Of a stretch of DNA of 64,000 bases, positions 56,984 to 64,000 are shown one piece after another. The notes under the pieces were generated by a model. The model was not told the origin of the DNA. It made no database searches and saw only the letters and a list, made by a program, of their open reading frames with translations. Each line of letters begins with the position of its first letter. Within the stretch, counting starts at the first letter, position 1. Both the position numbers and the translations under genes were made by a program. The stretch comes from Mycobacteriales bacterium (GTDB lineage Bacteria; Actinomycetota; Actinomycetes; Mycobacteriales; Mycobacteriaceae). The DNA lies in contig JBBSKP010000001.1 of assembly GCA_038256175.1 (NCBI GenBank), positions 15,657-79,656 on the forward strand, read 5' to 3'.

Positions 56984-58777
56984 TCAGCCGGGCAATACCG
57001 GGATGGCCTTCATCCCCGTCAACCCGGGGACTTCGCGCCAGTACCGGTCCGCCTCGGGATCGTTGTTGTTGAACTGGAACACCGCCCGCGCATCGGCCAC
57101 GTACTCCGTCGTCGCCGAGGCATCGACCGCCGTCACGGGCGCTGTGAGATTTCGGCTCGGCAGCCCAACAAAGTTCGAACCATCCACCGGAGCGATAACG
57201 ACCGGCGTGTCGGCGTTGGTCCGCGCGATGACAATGTTCTCCCCCGTGCTCCAGTCCAGCGAGACCGCCGGACTGCCGAGGCCGATCGCGATCGGACGCG
57301 GGCTTGTCAACGCGAAAGTGCCACTCGGAGTGGGGACTATGACTGCCACGTAGACCTTGCCATCGACTATCAACGCTGCACGAACGCCACCTCGCGCCAG
57401 CCGGAGCTCGGTGATCCGCTGCCCCAAGGCCACGATCGCGGACGCGTCGACGTCGACCACCGAGACCTGGTTGGTCGCCGTGTCACGCACCGCCCGAATC
57501 ACTTTGGTGCCATCGACCACAGCCCATGCGGCTCCGTCGTCGGCGGCCCAGGACGGTCGGGTGATCTCGTTACCCTCGGCAACGGGGAACGCGCCACCGT
57601 CGTAGGTGCCGACCATCAGAGTGTTCGCGGGATCCGGCGGCGGCCGACCTGTACCCACAACCGCCGCAACGAGAGTGCCGTCCCGGGACAGGGCAACCGA
57701 ACGGACGTTGTTGGCAACCCCGAAGGTGCCCGGCGTCGGTGTGACGCCCTTGTCGTTCACCGAAACGAGCGCACCGTCCCGCACGGCATGCAACCCGATA
57801 TTGGTCGTCGTGTTCGCGAGCGGGTTGAACTCGGCGACATCGGCTGTGGTCCAGCCGTTCGCCCGCTGGTCGTCGAGGGGCTTACCGTCGGCAAGCAGTA
57901 CGTAGGGGCCTGATATCTCCGCGCTGGCGAGCGTCCAGATAACTTGGGCGGCAAGCATTTGCCGCTCGCCGGGCTCCATGGCTGCGATGCCTTGGAAGTC
58001 CACCTTGATACCGCCGAGTCCGATACCCACCGACTCGGTACGGCCGTCTGCCTTGGTGATCGGACCCCGAACCGAGACCTTGCCCGCGAACTGATTGCGC
58101 ACCGCCGGGGCGAGTGTCTCCTTCGGGCCGTCCACGAGCAATCCGATCAGTTGCGCAGCCAGCTGATCCTGACCAGCCGAGATCCAGCGCGGATCGGGAA
58201 TCGTGGTGGTGCCCTCGGGGTTGAGCCAGTACAGCGACTCGCGCTGATAGGAGCTGAAGAACTGCGGGCGATCCAGAATCACGCCGGCGGGGAGCTCGTT
58301 GATCCGCCATTCGCCGTCGACCTTGCTGAGGCCGATCTTCGTCTCGAAACTTCCCTCTTCTGCCTGGTACTGACCGCCCGTTTGCAGCTGGCCGACCCGG
58401 TTCGCTCGCAGCACGTACGTTGCGCGGTCATTCGTCCGCGATTCGGGCAACACGTCGACCTTGTCCACGATGGTGGCGCTCGCCGCGTCATCCCATTTCG
58501 CAGACAGTTGCGCGGTCAAAAACTGGCGTGCGGCGAGGTGCCGGTTGGTGGGATCGGTACTCGCCTTGACGAAGTCGCGCAGCAGCAGATCGGGCTCACG
58601 ACCGGGTGCGGGCTGCGGCAAGCTCACGCTGGACGGCTCGCGCGCAATGGTGCCGATCGCTTCGGGCGTCGATGTATCCGGCAGGCTCGCACAACCCGAG
58701 AAACTGAGCACGGAAACTACACAGGCCACGAGGGTTACGTGCCGCCCGAAGTGGCCGGCGGACAATCGAGCAATCAT
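56984..58777 (-). CDS. lpqB: lipoprotein LpqB (MtrAB accessory)
   Basis: Lipobox LSFSGC. ATG 58777 overlaps the mtrB TGA (ATGA). ~597 aa, following mtrA-mtrB. Confidence 0.9.
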   Translation of the reverse strand: MIARLSAGHFGRHVTLVACVVSVLSFSGCASLPDTSTPEAIGTIAREPSSVSLPQPAPGREPDLLLRDFVKASTDPTNRHLAARQFLTAQLSAKWDDAASATIVDKVDVLPESRTNDRATYVLRANRVGQLQTGGQYQAEEGSFETKIGLSKVDGEWRINELPAGVILDRPQFFSSYQRESLYWLNPEGTTTIPDPRWISAGQDQLAAQLIGLLVDGPKETLAPAVRNQFAGKVSVRGPITKADGRTESVGIGLGGIKVDFQGIAAMEPGERQMLAAQVIWTLASAEISGPYVLLADGKPLDDQRANGWTTADVAEFNPLANTTTNIGLHAVRDGALVSVNDKGVTPTPGTFGVANNVRSVALSRDGTLVAAVVGTGRPPPDPANTLMVGTYDGGAFPVAEGNEITRPSWAADDGAAWAVVDGTKVIRAVRDTATNQVSVVDVDASAIVALGQRITELRLARGGVRAALIVDGKVYVAVIVPTPSGTFALTSPRPIAIGLGSPAVSLDWSTGENIVIARTNADTPVVIAPVDGSNFVGLPSRNLTAPVTAVDASATTEYVADARAVFQFNNNDPEADRYWREVPGLTGMKAIPVLPG

Positions 58778-60525
58778 GACTTTCGTTCCCCCACCCAAGC
58801 ACCCGTTGCGGCAACCGAAGAATCTGTCGCCGACAAAGGCGGATCCCTGAGCACGCTCACCGTCGCGGGATCTCCATTGTTGGAGTCCTCGACCGCCTTG
58901 TTCGGCATAGTCCGGCGCGATCCAGGCTTCAACGGCAGCGGGCTGCCGATCACCTTACGGCCGCGCACGAGCGGAACCGTCAACCGGAAGCACGAACCGA
59001 ATCCGGGCTCACCCCACGCTTCGAGCCTGCCGTCGTGGAGATGCGCGTCCTCCACACTGATCGCCAACCCGAGACCGGTACCGCCGGAGCGCCGCACTCG
59101 CGACGGATCCGATCGCCAGAATCGGTTGAACACCAGTTTCTCCTCGCCCGGTCGCAGTCCGATTCCCTGATCGCGCACGATGATTGCGGCGGCATCCTCG
59201 TTCGCGCGCAAGCGAATCAGAATCGGCTTGCCCTCGCCGTGGTCGATCGCGTTGGCAAGCAAGTTACGTAGAATACGCTCGACCCGCCGCGGATCCACTT
59301 CCGCGATCACGGGCTCTTCGGGCAGGTCGATCACCAGCTCGGTGCCGGATTCGCGGGCAAGGTGTCGCACGGTCGATACTGCGGCGCGAGCACACATGCG
59401 CAGGTCCAACGCCTCTCCGGACAGTTCGGCGACACCCGCATCGTGGCGGCTGATCTCGAGGAGGTCGTTGAGCAACGCCTCGAATCGGTCGAGCTCGGTG
59501 ACCATCAGCTCCGACGACCGCCGCAGCGCAGGGTCGAGCTCCGCGCTGCCGTCGTGGATCAGGTCCGCCGCCATCCGCACAGTCGTCAGTGGTGTCCGCA
59601 GTTCGTGGCTGACGTCGGAGGTGAACCGTTTCTGCAGATTTCCGAACTCCTCGAGCTGTGTGATCTGCTTCGACAGACTCTCCGCCATCTCGTTGAACGA
59701 CATCGCCAGCCGGGCCATGTCGTCCTCACCGCGCACCGGCATTCGCTCTTTGAGCCGGCCATCGGCGAATCGGACAGCGATCCGCGACGCCGATCGGATA
59801 GGCAACACCACCTGGCGCGTCACCAGCATCGCGATCGCGGCGAGCAGCACCAACAGCACGGCGGCGCCGATGAGCATCGTGCCGCGCATCAACGACAGAC
59901 TCTTGTCCTCGTTGGCGAGTGGGAACACAAGGTAGAGCTCGAGAGTGGAGATTGCCGACGCCGTCGGGCTGCCGACGATCAGCGCAGGTCCGCGATACCC
60001 GTCGGGGTCGGCGACCGTCGCGAACTGATAGCTGACCTGGCCCTGCTGCACGAACCTGCGCAGGGTTTCCGGAATCTGGTCGGCAGGACCAGCTGACGTG
60101 GGTTCGCGCGGACCGTCACCGGGAACGAGGAGGACCGAATCGAAGGTGCCCGCGGCGCCCGCGGCCTGCCCGGTCTCGCCCACCCGGTTCGACAGCGCCG
60201 ACCTGGCACCGTCGAGCCTGCTCGCAAGCGTATTTCCGTCGTCGGCACCGGCGAGCTGGCTCTGCACGGTGTTGCGCGCACGGTCCATCTCCTCGACTGC
60301 CGCCGCGATCTTGGCATCGAGCAACCGATCGGTGATCTGGCTGGTCAGCACGACGCCGAGAATCGCAATGACGATGAGCGACAACGTGAGGGTGGAGACA
60401 ACGACCCGAAGCTGCAGCGACCTTCGCCATGCATGGCCGAGGTAATTACTCAGAGCTTGGAACCAACGCAGCGGCCGAGCAACGGTTCTGTCGATCCGCC
60501 GCCGCGTACGAGAAAGTTTGATCAC
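58774..60525 (-). CDS. mtrB: two-component sensor histidine kinase MtrB
   Basis: 583-aa ORF with two TM segments, HAMP, H-box [14 protein letters not shown], and N/G boxes. Confidence 0.9.
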   Translation of the reverse strand: MIKLSRTRRRIDRTVARPLRWFQALSNYLGHAWRRSLQLRVVVSTLTLSLIVIAILGVVLTSQITDRLLDAKIAAAVEEMDRARNTVQSQLAGADDGNTLASRLDGARSALSNRVGETGQAAGAAGTFDSVLLVPGDGPREPTSAGPADQIPETLRRFVQQGQVSYQFATVADPDGYRGPALIVGSPTASAISTLELYLVFPLANEDKSLSLMRGTMLIGAAVLLVLLAAIAMLVTRQVVLPIRSASRIAVRFADGRLKERMPVRGEDDMARLAMSFNEMAESLSKQITQLEEFGNLQKRFTSDVSHELRTPLTTVRMAADLIHDGSAELDPALRRSSELMVTELDRFEALLNDLLEISRHDAGVAELSGEALDLRMCARAAVSTVRHLARESGTELVIDLPEEPVIAEVDPRRVERILRNLLANAIDHGEGKPILIRLRANEDAAAIIVRDQGIGLRPGEEKLVFNRFWRSDPSRVRRSGGTGLGLAISVEDAHLHDGRLEAWGEPGFGSCFRLTVPLVRGRKVIGSPLPLKPGSRRTMPNKAVEDSNNGDPATVSVLRDPPLSATDSSVAATGAWVGERKS

Positions 60526-61199
60526 GGCGGTCCGGCTTTGTAGCCGACCCCCCTCACGGTAAGTACGACCTCGGGAACTTCGGGATCCTTCTCGACCTTC
60601 GCGCGCAGCCGCTGCACGTGCACGTTGACGAGCCGGGTGTCAGCGGCATGGCGGTAACCCCACACCTGCTCGAGCAGGACCTCACGGGTGAAGACTTGCC
60701 GCGGCTTGCGTGCCAGAGCGACGAGCAGGTCGAACTCGAGCGGTGTGAGCGAGATGAGCTCGTCGCCGCGGCTGACCTTGTGCGCAGGCACATCGATGAT
60801 GATGTCGGCGATGCTGAGCAGCTCCGCCGGCTCGTCTTCGGTGCGACGCAACCGGGCGCGTACCCGAGCGACGAGCTCCTTCGGCTTGAACGGCTTCATG
60901 ATGTAGTCGTCGGCGCCGGATTCGAGTCCGAGCACGACGTCCACTGTGTCGGTCTTGGCCGTCAGCATCACGATCGGAACACCGGAGTCCGCCCGCAACA
61001 CACGACACACATCGATGCCGTTCATGCCGGGCAGCATGAGATCGAGCAGCACCAAATCAGGCCTGGTCTCACGAACCGCGGCGAGTGCTTGCGTACCGTC
61101 ACCCACCACATAAGGCTCGAAGCCCTCGCCTCGGAGCACGATCGTCAGCATCTCGGCGAGAGCTGTGTCGTCGTCGACAACCAGAATCCTTGGTTTCAT
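60522..61199 (-). CDS. mtrA: OmpR-family response regulator MtrA
   Basis: 225-aa ORF, ILVVDDD...[14 protein letters not shown]...LTAK plus a winged-helix C-terminus. Confidence 0.95.
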   Translation of the reverse strand: MKPRILVVDDDTALAEMLTIVLRGEGFEPYVVGDGTQALAAVRETRPDLVLLDLMLPGMNGIDVCRVLRADSGVPIVMLTAKTDTVDVVLGLESGADDYIMKPFKPKELVARVRARLRRTEDEPAELLSIADIIIDVPAHKVSRGDELISLTPLEFDLLVALARKPRQVFTREVLLEQVWGYRHAADTRLVNVHVQRLRAKVEKDPEVPEVVLTVRGVGYKAGPP

Positions 61200-61203
61200 G
61201 TCC

Positions 61204-61947
61204 CTATCGTGTCACTTCCTGCTGATCACTTAGCTGATTGAACAGCTCGGCGGCGAGTTGAGTCGCATCGACTTCGCCTTCGACCACCCGCCAGCCCGAT
61301 ACCCACGATTGCGCAGCCAGCTCGTCGTACACCTTCGCGGTCCGCTGCTGCAGCTCGAAGTCGCGCTCGTAGGTGTCGCGTTCCCTACTGGAGTCTGCCT
61401 TTTCACGCTCGATTGCACGCGCGGCAGCGACGTCCACGGGCACGCGTAGCAACAGCTGCGCGTGTGGCAGAGGTACCGCGAAACGATCGATCTCGAGAGC
61501 TCGAATCCACTCCACGACAGGGCCGTCCGCGCTTTGACCCAGCCGCGCCGCACTGTATGCGGCGTTCGACGCGACGTATCGGTCGAGCAGCACGATGTCG
61601 TTGCGGTTGATCAGCCTCCGCAGGTCGACAGCCGCGTCATGGCGGTCGAGGGCAAACATGGCAGCCATCGCGTACACGCTGGTCGCGAGATCGCCGTGCT
61701 CACCGTGCAGGGCCTCCGCAGCAAGATCGGCGTGCACGGATTCGCCGTAGCGAGGAAAGCCCATCCGGAGCACGTCGAGTCCACTGTCCTCCCATGCTTG
61801 GGTCAGCCCACGCGAGAGGGTGTGCTTGCCTGCGCCATCGACGCCTTCGATACTGATCAGGATCCCCACGGCACGATCGTATCTGTCGGCGGCGCCTTTC
61901 CTGCCGCTCCGCGAATTCCCACGCTGAGCAGACATGCGAGCGCCCAC
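61204..61947 (-). CDS. tmk: thymidylate kinase
   Basis: P-loop ISIEGVDGAGKHT. The N-terminal ~26 aa of the track ORF may be spurious (alternative GTG 61869). Confidence 0.85.
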   Translation of the reverse strand: MGARMSAQRGNSRSGRKGAADRYDRAVGILISIEGVDGAGKHTLSRGLTQAWEDSGLDVLRMGFPRYGESVHADLAAEALHGEHGDLATSVYAMAAMFALDRHDAAVDLRRLINRNDIVLLDRYVASNAAYSAARLGQSADGPVVEWIRALEIDRFAVPLPHAQLLLRVPVDVAAARAIEREKADSSRERDTYERDFELQQRTAKVYDELAAQSWVSGWRVVEGEVDATQLAAELFNQLSDQQEVTR

Positions 61948-62024
61948 CGTCGTAATGTCCGTTACGCCCTTTCCCCGCCGAGCTGAGGAGTCTCGATGAC
62001 GTACCCGGCCGGAGGCTAGCCGCG

Positions 62025-62483
62025 ATGAGTCCCACGATCATCAACGGCTTGCCGGCGCACCCACTGCTCGTCCACTTCGTCGTGGTATTTGTGCCGATCA
62101 GCGCGTTATTGCTGGCCGTTGCCGTGTGCTGGCCCGCCGCGCGCGTGCGGTTGGGGTTGCTCACCCCGATCGTGGCGGTGCTGACACTGATCATGGTGCC
62201 GATCACCACCAACGCCGGGAGTGCGCTGCAGCAGTCGCTGGGTGGCGGTGGCCCACAGGTTGCCCACCACGCGGAACTGGGTGATCAGATGATCTATTGG
62301 TCGATCGGGGTTGCCGCCGCAGCGATCCTCTGGTGGCTCATGCACCTCGATGCGGTGGCGAGCAGAATCGGCAAGGTACTCACGATCGTGGTCGCGGTCG
62401 CAGCGATCGCCGTCGCAGCCGGTTCGGTAGTGCAGATCGTCCAAGTCGGTGACAGCGGCGCGAAGGCCGTCTGGGGTAGCTAG
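62025..62483 (+). CDS. DUF2231-like integral membrane protein
   Basis: 152-aa ORF with four TM segments, starting INGLPAHPLLVHFVVVFVP. Confidence 0.6.
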   Translation: MSPTIINGLPAHPLLVHFVVVFVPISALLLAVAVCWPAARVRLGLLTPIVAVLTLIMVPITTNAGSALQQSLGGGGPQVAHHAELGDQMIYWSIGVAAAAILWWLMHLDAVASRIGKVLTIVVAVAAIAVAAGSVVQIVQVGDSGAKAVWGS

Positions 62484-62487
62484 CGCT

Positions 62488-62532
62488 TGTGCGCGAGTTT
62501 TACCCCCAGCAGCGGGGTAAAACTCGCGCACA
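62488..62532. repeat. REP-like palindromic element, perfect copy C
   Basis: TGTGCGCGAGTTTTACCCC-ccagcagc... precisely left arm 62488..62506 and right arm 62514..62532 (GGGGTAAAACTCGCGCACA): 19/19 complementary with a 7-nt loop. It lies between two convergent stops. Confidence 0.9.
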
Positions 62533-62538
62533 GGCAAC

Positions 62539-64000
<1,462 letters not shown>

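Overview
High-GC actinobacterial chromosomal segment (GC judged by eye, not computed), probably Mycobacteriales, Rhodococcus/Nocardia-like. From about 24.2 kb to the right edge the gene order matches my memory of the M. tuberculosis H37Rv Rv3205c-Rv3248c core: moeZ, DUF3152, TetR, DUF3107, ferritin-like, rhlE, soj-like, gpm2-like, GNAT, DAG-kinase-like, whiB1, pdtaS, TB7.3, rshA-sigH, ybaK, SRAP, aroA, rsgA, desA3 plus reductase, WS/DGAT, Rv3235-like, secA1, hpf, comF-like, lpqB-mtrB-mtrA, tmk, sahH. The left edge carries a UvrD-type helicase, a LipV-like hydrolase and an ATL protein (Rv3202c-Rv3204-like). Between these lies a ~22.5 kb block absent from that reference order. It holds a mobA-moeA fusion, narGHJI, three unassigned genes, a narK-nirB-nirD-nnaR-sirB operon, an MFS/GntR pair, DUF418/TetR and an LLM oxidoreductase. 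I found no tRNA, rRNA, CRISPR array, transposase, integrase or recognisable defence or toxin genes, so no classical novel system is evident. The signals the genes do not explain are these. (1) A REP-like palindrome with 19-bp arms occurs three times at gene 3' ends. (2) A co-directional lipid module (WS/DGAT, acidic protein, reductase, two DesA3 paralogs) has a duplicated triple-repeat control region. One desaturase in it carries a tail of six 11-residue repeats. (3) Two WS/DGAT homologs have complementary lesions in the HHxxxDG motif. (4) A 24-codon bL37-like gene is missing from the ORF track. There are also several candidate regulatory sites (GlnR, CRP, SigH). Many long ORFs in the track are antisense shadows typical of high-GC DNA and were rejected. 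All homology calls come from motifs and recalled families, not database searches.
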